The notes under the pieces are model-generated. The model made no database searches. It saw only the letters and a list, made by a program, of their open reading frames with translations, and was not told where the DNA came from. The position numbers were made by a program, and so were the translations under genes. Positions 46,012-55,210 of a stretch of DNA of 64,000 nucleotides are shown piece by piece (the first letter of the stretch is position 1; every line of letters begins with the position of its first letter). The DNA comes from an uncultured Chloroflexia bacterium (GTDB lineage Bacteria > Chloroflexota > Limnocylindria > Limnocylindrales > CSP1-4): contig CAWBMK010000007.1 of NCBI GenBank assembly GCA_963789905.1, forward strand, positions 189,955 through 253,954, written 5' to 3'.

Positions 46012-49000
46012 CCGTGCCCAGACTCGAGGTTCCCGGCCAACGCCTCTCGCGCAAGACCGCCGTCGCCCGGCGGGTGGCGGCCACCCGGGCGTCCGACGCG
46101 CGGCCGCGGAGCGGGGCGCGGATCCCGGACCTCTCGGCGCTGCCGCCGCTTCTCATCGATACCGGAGCCTTCGCTTCCCTCCGCGAGCGGCTCGACGCGA
46201 GGGTGGGTCACGCAGGCGTCACCAGCGTCCCACACGGCGCCAAGACCTTTCTGGCGGCCGCCCTCGTCGCCGCCGGCGAGCGGATCTGCTGGATCGCTCG
46301 CGATGCCGAGATCGGCGATCGCGTGTCCGATGAGCTCGGTGCCTGGCTCGGCGACCCCGGGCGGATCGCCGTCCTCGAGCCGCGGACCGCCCTCGCCTAC
46401 GAACGCAGCGAGCTCGTTGCCGATGAGACGGCAGCCCGGGTGGCGGCGCTCGCCCACTGGCGCGGCGGAGGGGCGCGCGTCCTCGTAGCGTCGGTCCAGG
46501 CGCTCCTTCAGCACACGATCGATGCGACCGACCTGCCGGCCGCGCCGCGCGTCCTTGCGACCGGTGCCCGTGTCGGGATCGATACCCTCTCCGAGGAGCT
46601 TCTGGCCCTCGGCTACAGGCCGACGATGGAGGTGGCCGGCCGGGGCGAGTTCGCGCGCCGCGGCGGCATCGTCGATGTCTTCCCGCCCTCATCGTCTCTC
46701 CCCGTCCGCCTCGAGTTCTTCGGAGACGAGATCGAGTCCCTGCGGGCCTTCGACCCGGCCGACCAACGCACGGTCGGGCAGATCGGCGAGCTCGAGCTCC
46801 TGCCGGCGAGCGAGTTCCTGCTCCCCCAGGCCGTCGAGCGCGTGGCAGGACTCACGGCAGCGGGAGCCCTGCCCGGCGATCGTTCGCTTCCCGAGCGTCT
46901 GGCGGCGGATCTCGCCCGTTTCGCAGGCCGCGGCGAGCGGCGGGCGATCGATGCCGGGGACGCGGCGGAGGTCTGGGCGCCGTATCTGGCACCGGCGACC
47001 GGTCTCGACCACGTGTCGGTCGACACCCTGCTGCTCTTCGACGAGCCGGGCGATATCGCCGAGTCGGCCGATTTCCTGTGGCGCCAGGCGGACGAGCGTC
47101 GAGCCGAGCTCGTCGAAGCCGGTGAGCTGCCGAAGAGCTGGCTGTCCGCCTATCTCGGTCGGAAGGACTGGTCGGCCCGCCTCAGGGCCGCCCGGACGCT
47201 CGAGCTGACCTGGGAGAGCGAGCTTTCGCGGAAGACGGCCATCGCCGGAAGCGGACTCGCGTCTGGCGATCTGTTCGGCTGGCACGAGCCCGAGCTGCCC
47301 TTCGGTCGGGTCGGCCGGATCGCCGAGGCGGTCGAGGGCTGGGTCTCCGAGCGGGCTCGCATCGTCGTCGCATCCGACCAGGCGCCGCGTCTCGCCGAAG
47401 TGATGGAGGAGGCCGGCCGGCCGGTGGCGGTCGTCGCCGACGTCGTCGATCCGCCACCACCGGGAGCCGTGGTCCTCGTCGACCGCAGCCTTGGCAGCGG
47501 GTTCGCCGGCGGCCCCGATGGCCTCGTCGTCGTAACCGACCGGGAGCTGTTCGGATCGGTTCGCGTCCGCCGTCCCAAGGCCCTTCGACGGGTCGTCCCG
47601 CGCGACGTCCTCGAGCGCCTCGAGGCCGGCGACCTCGTCGTCCACATCGATCACGGCGTCGGGCGCTATGAACGGATGCTCCGCCGGCGCGGGCCGGGTG
47701 GCGAGGAGCGCGACTACCTCGAGGTGGCATTCGCGGGGACGGATCGGATGTTCGTGCCGGTCGAGCAGATCGGCCGGGTGACGCGCTACGCGGGCGGTGA
47801 GCGGCCCCAGCTGTCGCGCCTCGGAGGAACCGAGTGGCAGCGGACGAAGGAGCGGGTGCGGCGCGCCGTCGGCGACCTGGCCGACGAGCTGCTCGCCCTC
47901 TACGCCGCTCGGACCGATGCGCCGGGCCACAGTTTCGGGCCCGATGGCCCATGGCAGGGCGAGCTCGAGGCGAGCTTCCCGTACGAGGAGACGCCGGACC
48001 AGCTGCGGGCGGTCGTCGAGGTCAAGCTCGACATGGAAGCCGTCCGGCCGATGGATCGGATCGTCGTCGGCGACGTCGGCTACGGCAAGACCGAGGTCGC
48101 CCTTCGGGCCGCCTTCAAGGCCGTGACCGACGGTCGCCAGGTGGCCGTCCTCGTGCCGACGACCGTCCTCGCCGACCAGCACTATCGGACCTTCCTGCAG
48201 CGCTTTGGAGCCTTCCCGGTCGAGATCCGGCTGCTGTCTCGGTTCGTCGCCCACGCCGAGCAGCAACGCACGGTGGTGGGGCTCGCCAGCGGCGATGTCG
48301 ATCTCGTCATCGGCACCCATCGATTGCTGTCGCGCGACGTCCGCTTCAAGGAGTTGGGCCTTGTCGTCGTCGACGAGGAGCAGCGCTTCGGCGTTGCCGC
48401 CAAGGAGCGTCTCAAGCAGCTCCGTCGCGAGGTCGACGTGTTGACGCTGTCGGCGACGCCGATCCCTCGGACGCTCAATCTCGCCCTCGCCGGCGTCCGC
48501 GACCTGTCGGTCATCGAGACGCCGCCCGAGGATCGGCTGCCGATCCAGACCCGCGTTGCCGAGGCGTCGGCGGGCCTCGTCCGCGACGCGATCCTGCGCG
48601 AGCTCGACCGCGGCGGCCAGGTCTTCTACGTCCACAACCGGGTCGAGACGATCGAGGCCCAGGCGGAGCAGCTCCGACGGCTGTTGCCGGGCGCCTGCAT
48701 CGGGGTTGGTCATGGCCAGATGGCCGAGGGGGCCCTCGAGCGGGTCATGGTCTCGTTCGCGGCGGGCGACACGGACGTCCTCGTCTGCACGACGATCATC
48801 GAGTCGGGTCTCGACATCCCCAACGCCAACACGATTGTCATCGATCGCGCCGACGCCCTCGGGCTGGCCCAGCTCTATCAGCTCCGCGGGCGGGTCGGTC
48901 GGTCGTCGCGCCGCGCCTACGCCTATCTCCTGTACCGGCGCAGGGAGCGGATGACGGAAGAAGCGCGCCGCCGCCTGCAGGCCATCTTCAACGCATCGGA

Positions 49001-49667
49001 GCTCGGCGCGGGCTTCCAGATCGCCCTGGCTGACCTCGAGATCCGGGGCGCGGGCAACATCCTCGGCGCCGAGCAGTCGGGCCACATGGCGGCCGTCGGG
49101 TTCGACCTCTACTCGCGGCTCCTGTCCGAGGCAGTCGAGGAGCGGCGTGCCCACCGCGAGGGTCGCGAGCCCGTCGTGGAGACGCCGGCGGCAGTGGTCG
49201 ATCTGCCCGTCGACGCCCATCTCGCGGACGACTACGTGCCCGACGTTGCCCAGAAGCTCGAGCTCTATCGGCGCCTCGGTCGCGCCCGTACGCCGGCCGA
49301 TATCGCGGCCTTCCGAGCCGAGCTGATCGACCGCTTCGGGCCGCCACCCCAGGCCGCGCAACGCCTCGTCGAGGTGGCCGAGCTGCGGCTGGCCGCCGAG
49401 GCCGCCGGGGTGTCGTCGATCAACCGCGAGGACGGCCAGCTCGTCGTCCGATTCGGGGCCGGTCTGTCGCGTGCGACCGCGATGCGCCTCCTGGCCGGCG
49501 CCGGCCTGCCGTGGGTGCGACCGACCGATGTCGTCTTCGCCAGCAATCAGGTCCGCATCCGGGCGCCGGCCGATCCCGGCCGGGCCTGGGCGCTGACGCA
49601 GGCCGTGGTGGCCCGCCTCGGCGACGACGAGCGCGAGCCATCGACCGCGGACGCCGTTGGCCGATGA
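46008..49667 (+). CDS. mfd: transcription-repair coupling factor
   Basis: RGGIVDVF, VVHIDHGVG, GDVGYGKTEVA, DEEQRFG, TRG motif DLEIRGAGN. Confidence 0.97.
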   Translation: MTVPRLEVPGQRLSRKTAVARRVAATRASDARPRSGARIPDLSALPPLLIDTGAFASLRERLDARVGHAGVTSVPHGAKTFLAAALVAAGERICWIARDAEIGDRVSDELGAWLGDPGRIAVLEPRTALAYERSELVADETAARVAALAHWRGGGARVLVASVQALLQHTIDATDLPAAPRVLATGARVGIDTLSEELLALGYRPTMEVAGRGEFARRGGIVDVFPPSSSLPVRLEFFGDEIESLRAFDPADQRTVGQIGELELLPASEFLLPQAVERVAGLTAAGALPGDRSLPERLAADLARFAGRGERRAIDAGDAAEVWAPYLAPATGLDHVSVDTLLLFDEPGDIAESADFLWRQADERRAELVEAGELPKSWLSAYLGRKDWSARLRAARTLELTWESELSRKTAIAGSGLASGDLFGWHEPELPFGRVGRIAEAVEGWVSERARIVVASDQAPRLAEVMEEAGRPVAVVADVVDPPPPGAVVLVDRSLGSGFAGGPDGLVVVTDRELFGSVRVRRPKALRRVVPRDVLERLEAGDLVVHIDHGVGRYERMLRRRGPGGEERDYLEVAFAGTDRMFVPVEQIGRVTRYAGGERPQLSRLGGTEWQRTKERVRRAVGDLADELLALYAARTDAPGHSFGPDGPWQGELEASFPYEETPDQLRAVVEVKLDMEAVRPMDRIVVGDVGYGKTEVALRAAFKAVTDGRQVAVLVPTTVLADQHYRTFLQRFGAFPVEIRLLSRFVAHAEQQRTVVGLASGDVDLVIGTHRLLSRDVRFKELGLVVVDEEQRFGVAAKERLKQLRREVDVLTLSATPIPRTLNLALAGVRDLSVIETPPEDRLPIQTRVAEASAGLVRDAILRELDRGGQVFYVHNRVETIEAQAEQLRRLLPGACIGVGHGQMAEGALERVMVSFAAGDTDVLVCTTIIESGLDIPNANTIVIDRADALGLAQLYQLRGRVGRSSRRAYAYLLYRRRERMTEEARRRLQAIFNASELGAGFQIALADLEIRGAGNILGAEQSGHMAAVGFDLYSRLLSEAVEERRAHREGREPVVETPAAVVDLPVDAHLADDYVPDVAQKLELYRRLGRARTPADIAAFRAELIDRFGPPPQAAQRLVEVAELRLAAEAAGVSSINREDGQLVVRFGAGLSRATAMRLLAGAGLPWVRPTDVVFASNQVRIRAPADPGRAWALTQAVVARLGDDEREPSTADAVGR

Positions 49668-50239
49668 GCGACGGATCGCTGATCCGGGCGTCGGATTCGA
49701 TGCTCCTCGTCATCGATGTCCAACCCGGTTTCCTGGCGCGCCTGGCGATCGAGGAAGCCGAGCGGATCGTCGACCGCATCGCCTGGCTGGCACGCGTGGC
49801 GACGAGGCTCGACATCCCGATCGTGGCGACCGAGGAGGAGCCCGATCGTAATGGTTCGACCGATGCGACAGTCGCGGCAGCCCTGCCGACCGGTGCATCG
49901 GTGCACCGCAAGAATGTCTTCGGACTGGCCGATCAGCGAGACATCATGGCCGCCGTGGAGCGGTTGGCGCGCCGGACGGCCGTTCTCGTCGGTTGCGAGA
50001 CCGACGTCTGTGTCGCCCACAGCGCGATCGGGCTCGTCGAGCGCGGCTACAGGACGGTCGTCCTTGCCGATGCGACGGGCTCGCCGGGCGATGGCCATGC
50101 CTCCGGCCTCGAGCGGATACGGCTGGCAGATGCCATGGTGACCACCACGAAGGGCATCTACTACGAGTGGGTACGCACGCTGGAGACGGCATACGAGGTC
50201 GAAGGAGCCGTCCCGCCTCCCTCGGGCTTGGATCTGTAA
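49664..50239 (+). CDS. isochorismatase-like cysteine hydrolase
   Basis: LVIDVQ, K, GCETDVCV. Confidence 0.85.
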   Translation: MSDGSLIRASDSMLLVIDVQPGFLARLAIEEAERIVDRIAWLARVATRLDIPIVATEEEPDRNGSTDATVAAALPTGASVHRKNVFGLADQRDIMAAVERLARRTAVLVGCETDVCVAHSAIGLVERGYRTVVLADATGSPGDGHASGLERIRLADAMVTTTKGIYYEWVRTLETAYEVEGAVPPPSGLDL

Positions 50240-50266
50240 GCCGCTCGGCCATGCAATCCTCGCACC

Positions 50267-50316
50267 CGACTGGACAGCGCTCGCGACTGGACAGCCGATC
50301 GCGCCCCGCCGATGAT
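50267..50316 (+). promoter_or_regulatory. 12-bp direct repeat overlapping a candidate promoter
   Basis: CGACTGGACAGC at 50267 and 50284; TGGACA-17-GATGAT. Confidence 0.5.
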
Positions 50317-50358
50317 GGCGAGGCCTGCGAGCCGACGGCTGGCGATGGAGGGACTGAC

Positions 50359-50991
50359 ATGAGCGCATACATGGTCGCTGCCCTGAGAGCCTGGAAGCTG
50401 CGCGGGCGGTCGTTCGCCGGCCTCATGGTCATCACGGCCGTGGTCGCTGCAGGATGCGGCGTGGCTGCGTCGCCGAGCCCATCGCCGGTTCCGTCGGCGA
50501 GCCCGTCGCCGGTTCCGTCGCCGAGCCCGTCAGTCGACCCGTCCGCGGCCTCGAGTGCAGGCCCGAATCCGGCCGCCGCGATCAAGATCGCCCCGCCCTA
50601 CACGACCTCGGCCATCGATCCGTTCATGGAGAACTCGATGAGGGAGCTCTTCCTGACCGGGGCGGGGTCGTTTGGGTCGCTCCTCGACTTCGGCGGCGTC
50701 CAGGTCAACCGCGACGACAAGCTGGCCGGCTTCCTGTTCACCCTCAGCCTCCCGAATGATGTGCCGTTCGACGCCACTTCCTGGGAGGCCTTCCGGAAAG
50801 GCATGGAAGGCGGATCCGCCACCACCTTCACGTCCAAGACAATCAACGGCACCGACGTCTACTTCGGCACGGCATCCGGCACGCCGATCGCCGTGATGCT
50901 GCTGGACGGCGACGTCGTGTTCATCATCGGGCTGGAGCCCGGAACCGAAACTGAAGAGATCGCGACGGCGGTCGCATCCGCCAACGCCTGA
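50359..50991 (+). CDS. putative lipoprotein with Ser/Pro linker
   Basis: Lipobox VAAGC; 24-bp tandem repeats encoding SPSPSPVP; GGAGG RBS. Confidence 0.7.
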   Translation: MSAYMVAALRAWKLRGRSFAGLMVITAVVAAGCGVAASPSPSPVPSASPSPVPSPSPSVDPSAASSAGPNPAAAIKIAPPYTTSAIDPFMENSMRELFLTGAGSFGSLLDFGGVQVNRDDKLAGFLFTLSLPNDVPFDATSWEAFRKGMEGGSATTFTSKTINGTDVYFGTASGTPIAVMLLDGDVVFIIGLEPGTETEEIATAVASANA

Positions 50992-51111
50992 CGCCCGCCG
51001 CAGATCGCGGGTCGAGGCGCCACCCCTGCAGCCCTTGATCCAGGTCGACCTTCGATCGGCCTGCGTTAGACTGACCGCGCCCAATCCGCCCAGCCGGAGG
51101 ATGCCGTTCTC

Positions 51112-51633
51112 GTGTCGGTCGAGGACCTGCGCGCTCATATCCGTGAGATCCCGGATTTTCCCAAGCCCGGGATCCTTTTCTACGACATCACGACCCTCCT
51201 CAAGGATTCAGGTGGCTTCCGTGAGGCGATCGATCAGATGCTCGGGCCATATCGCGACGAGCGGATCGACATCGTCGTCGGGATGGAGTCGCGCGGATTC
51301 ATCTTCAGCGCCCCCATGGCGCTCGAGCTCAAAGCTGGCTTCGTGCCGGTTCGTAAGCTCGGCAAGCTGCCGGCCGAGACGTACTCGATCGAGTATGCCC
51401 TCGAATACGGCAGCAACACGCTCGAGATCCACCGCGACGCGATCACAGCCGGTCAACGCGTGCTCGTCGTCGACGACCTGCTTGCGACCGGGGGCACGGT
51501 CGCTGGAACGATCGAGCTGGTCGAGCGCCTGGGTGGTGAGGTGGTTGGACTGGCCTTCCTCATCGAGCTCGACTTCCTCAAGGGGCGCGATCGATTGCCC
51601 GGTCGCCAGGTCACGAGCGTCATCCACTACTGA
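51112..51633 (+). CDS. apt: adenine phosphoribosyltransferase
   Basis: PDFPKPGILF, ESRGF, RKLGKLP, VDDLLATGGT. Confidence 0.97.
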   Translation: MSVEDLRAHIREIPDFPKPGILFYDITTLLKDSGGFREAIDQMLGPYRDERIDIVVGMESRGFIFSAPMALELKAGFVPVRKLGKLPAETYSIEYALEYGSNTLEIHRDAITAGQRVLVVDDLLATGGTVAGTIELVERLGGEVVGLAFLIELDFLKGRDRLPGRQVTSVIHY

Positions 51634-51651
51634 GGCGAGCGAACGAGCCGG

Positions 51652-53055
51652 ATGGTGGACGAGACGCCGCCGAAACCTGACGAATCGACCGAGGGACCCG
51701 CTCCCCAGGCCGAGGAGGTCGACCTTGGCCGTCGCCTCTTCTTCCGCCGTTTCGCCGGCGACGTCGTCAACGCGGCCGTCGGCGTCGTCGGGGCGGCATC
51801 CTCCATCTCTGCGACGTCGATGGAGGCGGCCAGGACGCTCCTTGCCGACGTCGAGCTCGATGAGCCCGAGAGCCCTCCGAATGGCGAGGCGAGCGGCTTC
51901 CGAACGCCCTTCCGGGAGGAGGATGGCGCGCTCTTCCTCATCGACCAGCGACGCTTGCCGAGCGAGCTCGTAGAGCTCCGCTGTGAGACCACCCGCGACG
52001 TGACCGTCGCCGTCCGGGACATGGTCGTGCGCGGGGCGCCGGCCCTCGGCCAGGTCGCCGCAATCGCCATGGCGATGGCCGCCAACCGGACGCGGACGAT
52101 GCAGTCCCACGCCCGCGCCGCGAACCTGAACGGTGCCGCTAACGCCCTGGCCAACGCCCGCCCGACCGCGGTCAACGTTCGCTGGGCGGTCGATCGGATG
52201 CTTGCTCGCTACGAGGCCCTGGGCGGTCTCGCGGCCGACGGTGACGCGCTCGCCGACGGTCTCCGGGCCGAGGCCGATGCGATCGTCTTCGAGGCGACCG
52301 ACGACCATGGCCGGCTCGCCGAGGCAGGCTTCGCGCTCCTGCCGGAACCCGAGGATCGACCGCTGCGGTTGCTCACCCACTGCAACACCGGGCCACTCGC
52401 CTGTGGCCAGTTCGGGACGGCGCTCGGCGTCGTCCAGGTGGCCCACAACCACGAACGGCGGCTGCACGTCTACGTCGACGAGACGCGGCCGTATCTCCAG
52501 GGCTCGCGCCTGACCGCCTGGGAGCTGGATCAGGCCGGCATCCCGCACACTGTCGTCGCCGACGTCGCGGCCGGCTGGCTCATGACCAACGGCCTCATCG
52601 ACGCCGTCCTCGTCGGCGCCGATCGGATCGCCGCCAACGGTGATACGGCGAACAAGGTCGGGACATACGGGCTGGCTGTCCTCGCCGCCCGCCACGAGGT
52701 GCCCTTCTACGTCGTGGCGCCGACCTCGACGGTCGATCTTGCGACGCCCGATGGTGCGGCCATCCCGATCGAGCAGCGGTCGCCCTCGGAGGTCCTGTTG
52801 TTCCGCGGTCAGCGCGTCGCACCGATCCGGACGGGTGCACTCAACCCGGCATTCGACGTGACGCCGGCCGAGCTCATCAGCGCGATCGTGACCGAGGAGG
52901 GTGTCCTTCGGGCGCCCTTCGAGATGTCGCTCCCGGCCGCCCTCGAGCGGCGCGCGGCGCGGCGCGTGCCGCCGCCGCCGTTCCCGGGCTACGTCTCCGA
53001 CGGTGATCGCGGCGCCGAGCCCGAACCGACCGCAACAGCTGGAGCGAGCGGCTGA
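51652..53055 (+). CDS. mtnA: S-methyl-5-thioribose-1-phosphate isomerase with N-terminal extension
   Basis: DQRRLP, MVVRGAPA, RPTAVN, THCNTG, ETRPYLQG, GADRIAANGD, NPAFDVTP. Confidence 0.92.
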   Translation: MVDETPPKPDESTEGPAPQAEEVDLGRRLFFRRFAGDVVNAAVGVVGAASSISATSMEAARTLLADVELDEPESPPNGEASGFRTPFREEDGALFLIDQRRLPSELVELRCETTRDVTVAVRDMVVRGAPALGQVAAIAMAMAANRTRTMQSHARAANLNGAANALANARPTAVNVRWAVDRMLARYEALGGLAADGDALADGLRAEADAIVFEATDDHGRLAEAGFALLPEPEDRPLRLLTHCNTGPLACGQFGTALGVVQVAHNHERRLHVYVDETRPYLQGSRLTAWELDQAGIPHTVVADVAAGWLMTNGLIDAVLVGADRIAANGDTANKVGTYGLAVLAARHEVPFYVVAPTSTVDLATPDGAAIPIEQRSPSEVLLFRGQRVAPIRTGALNPAFDVTPAELISAIVTEEGVLRAPFEMSLPAALERRAARRVPPPPFPGYVSDGDRGAEPEPTATAGASG

Positions 53056-53930
53056 TGGCGACCGTCGCCGTCGCGCGCGACCGCAGCGGGATCGTCGCCA
53101 AGCCGGTCACCGACCGGATGGTCCTGCGCGCCTTCCTCGATCGCGACCGCCTCTGGGCGGCCTACGCGATCTGCGACCTCGAGGATCACGAGTTCCGGCG
53201 CACTCGCTGGGGCGGCGCCTGGGAGGGCGATCGGCTCGTCGCCCTGGCGGTCGAATACGCCGGGCCGACACCCCAGCCGCTGTTCGCGATGGGCAGCAGC
53301 GAGGGGATCGACGCGATCCTCCGCGACGTCCTGAGGCCTCGTGCCGCCTACATCGCAACACGAACCGAGGTCCTCGGCGCGGTCACCCGCAACTACCGCA
53401 TCGAGCCGGCGGTCCCGATGGTCCGGATGTGGGTCGATCAGACGCGCTTTCGGCCGCGGGTCGAGCCGGCCGTCCAGCGCCTCGCCCCAGCCGAGGTGGG
53501 CGACCTCAACCGTCTCTACCGGCTCGGCTTCGCGTCGTGGCTGCCCTCGACTGCGATCACCGAGGGTGTCTACTACGGCCTGCGCATCGGCGGCCGGCTG
53601 GTATCCGCCGCCGGGACTCACGTCGTGAGCCCGCGGGCCCGCCTGGCGGTCGTCGGCAACGTCCTGACGAGCGGCGAGTATCGCGGTCGCGGCTACGCCC
53701 AAGCGGTGACCGCGGCGGTGACTGAAGCCCTCCTCGGCTACTGCGACCAGGTCGTCCTCAACGTCCGCTCCGACAACCCACCGGCGCTCCAGGCCTACAG
53801 GTCGATCGGATATGCGGAATACTGTCGCTTCGAGGAGCGGCTCGGCTATCGACTCGAGGCTCCATGGTCGGGCTGGATGACGGGCATCCGCCGGCTTCTT
53901 CGCTCTGGAAAGGATGCCAGCCGCCGATGA
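53055..53930 (+). CDS. GNAT acetyltransferase (FR47-like)
   Basis: [26 protein letters not shown]. Confidence 0.85.
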   Translation: MATVAVARDRSGIVAKPVTDRMVLRAFLDRDRLWAAYAICDLEDHEFRRTRWGGAWEGDRLVALAVEYAGPTPQPLFAMGSSEGIDAILRDVLRPRAAYIATRTEVLGAVTRNYRIEPAVPMVRMWVDQTRFRPRVEPAVQRLAPAEVGDLNRLYRLGFASWLPSTAITEGVYYGLRIGGRLVSAAGTHVVSPRARLAVVGNVLTSGEYRGRGYAQAVTAAVTEALLGYCDQVVLNVRSDNPPALQAYRSIGYAEYCRFEERLGYRLEAPWSGWMTGIRRLLRSGKDASRR

Positions 53931-55207
53931 CCTCTGCGCCCACCGCGTTGCCCGCCCACGACCTCACCGATCTCGGCCTGGCGGACGAGGGCACCCGGCG
54001 CATCGAATGGGCCGAGCGCGAGATGCCGGTGCTGCGTCTCATCCGCGAGCGCTTCGAGCGCGAGCGCCCCCTGGACGGCGTCCGGGTCGCCGCCTGCCTT
54101 CACGTCACGACTGAGACTGCGAATCTCGTCCGAACCCTGGTGGCCGGTGGAGCCGACGTGGTCGTGGCGGCCTCGAACCCCCTCTCGACACAGGACGATG
54201 TGGCGGCCGCGCTCGTCGCCCGCTATGGCATCGCGACGTATGCCCGCCGGGGCGAGGACCGCGACACGTACTACGCCCACCTCAACGCCGTGGCCGACAC
54301 CCATCCGATGCTGACGATGGACGACGGCTGCGATCTCGTCTCGCTCCTCCACAGCGAGCGACCCGACCAGGTCGGCGAGGTCTGGGCGGGGACCGAGGAG
54401 ACGACGACAGGCGTCGTTCGTCTCCGGGCAATGGCCGCCGACGGCGCCCTGCGTTTCCCGGTCATCGCCGTCAACGAGGCCCAGACGAAGCACTTCTTCG
54501 ACAACAGATACGGGACCGGCCAGTCGACGGTCGACGGGATCCTGCGGGCGACGAACATCCTCCTCGCCGGACGGCACGTTGTCGTCGCGGGTTACGGCTG
54601 GGTCGGTCGGGGCATCGCCTCGCGGATGGCGGGCATGGGCTCGCACGTCGCCATCGTCGAGGTCGATCCGGTTCGCGCGCTCGAGGCGCTCATGGACGGG
54701 TATGCGGTCATGACCGCCGCTGACGCTGCTCCGTGGGGCGAGCTGTTCGTCACCGCGACCGGCAATCTGAACGTCTTCCGGCGCGAACATTTCGCGGCGA
54801 TGCGTGACGGCGCGATCATGGCCAACAGTGGCCACTTCGATTCAGAGCTTGACCTCGTAGCCCTGCGGGAGATGGCCGAGGGCCACGTCCGCGAAGTCCG
54901 CACCAACGTCGTCGAGTACGACATCGGCGGCAAGCGGATCAACGTCATCGCCGAGGGACGCCTCGTCAATCTCGGGGCGGCCGAGGGCCACCCGGCGGCG
55001 GTGATGGACATGAGCTTCGCCAATCAGGCCCTGTCTGCCGAGTACGTCGCCCGCGAGCACGCCAGTCTCGAGAACCTCGTCTATGTCGTGCCCGAGGCGA
55101 TCGATCGCGAGGTCGCCCGGCTCAAGCTCGCCGCGCTGGGCATCGAGCTCGAGGGGATGACCGCCGAGCAGGCTGCCTACGTAGCATCCTGGCGGCACGG
55201 GACGTAG
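53927..55207 (+). CDS. ahcY: adenosylhomocysteinase
   Basis: [44 protein letters not shown]. Confidence 0.97.
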   Translation: MTSAPTALPAHDLTDLGLADEGTRRIEWAEREMPVLRLIRERFERERPLDGVRVAACLHVTTETANLVRTLVAGGADVVVAASNPLSTQDDVAAALVARYGIATYARRGEDRDTYYAHLNAVADTHPMLTMDDGCDLVSLLHSERPDQVGEVWAGTEETTTGVVRLRAMAADGALRFPVIAVNEAQTKHFFDNRYGTGQSTVDGILRATNILLAGRHVVVAGYGWVGRGIASRMAGMGSHVAIVEVDPVRALEALMDGYAVMTAADAAPWGELFVTATGNLNVFRREHFAAMRDGAIMANSGHFDSELDLVALREMAEGHVREVRTNVVEYDIGGKRINVIAEGRLVNLGAAEGHPAAVMDMSFANQALSAEYVAREHASLENLVYVVPEAIDREVARLKLAALGIELEGMTAEQAAYVASWRHGT

Positions 55208-55210
55208 CCG

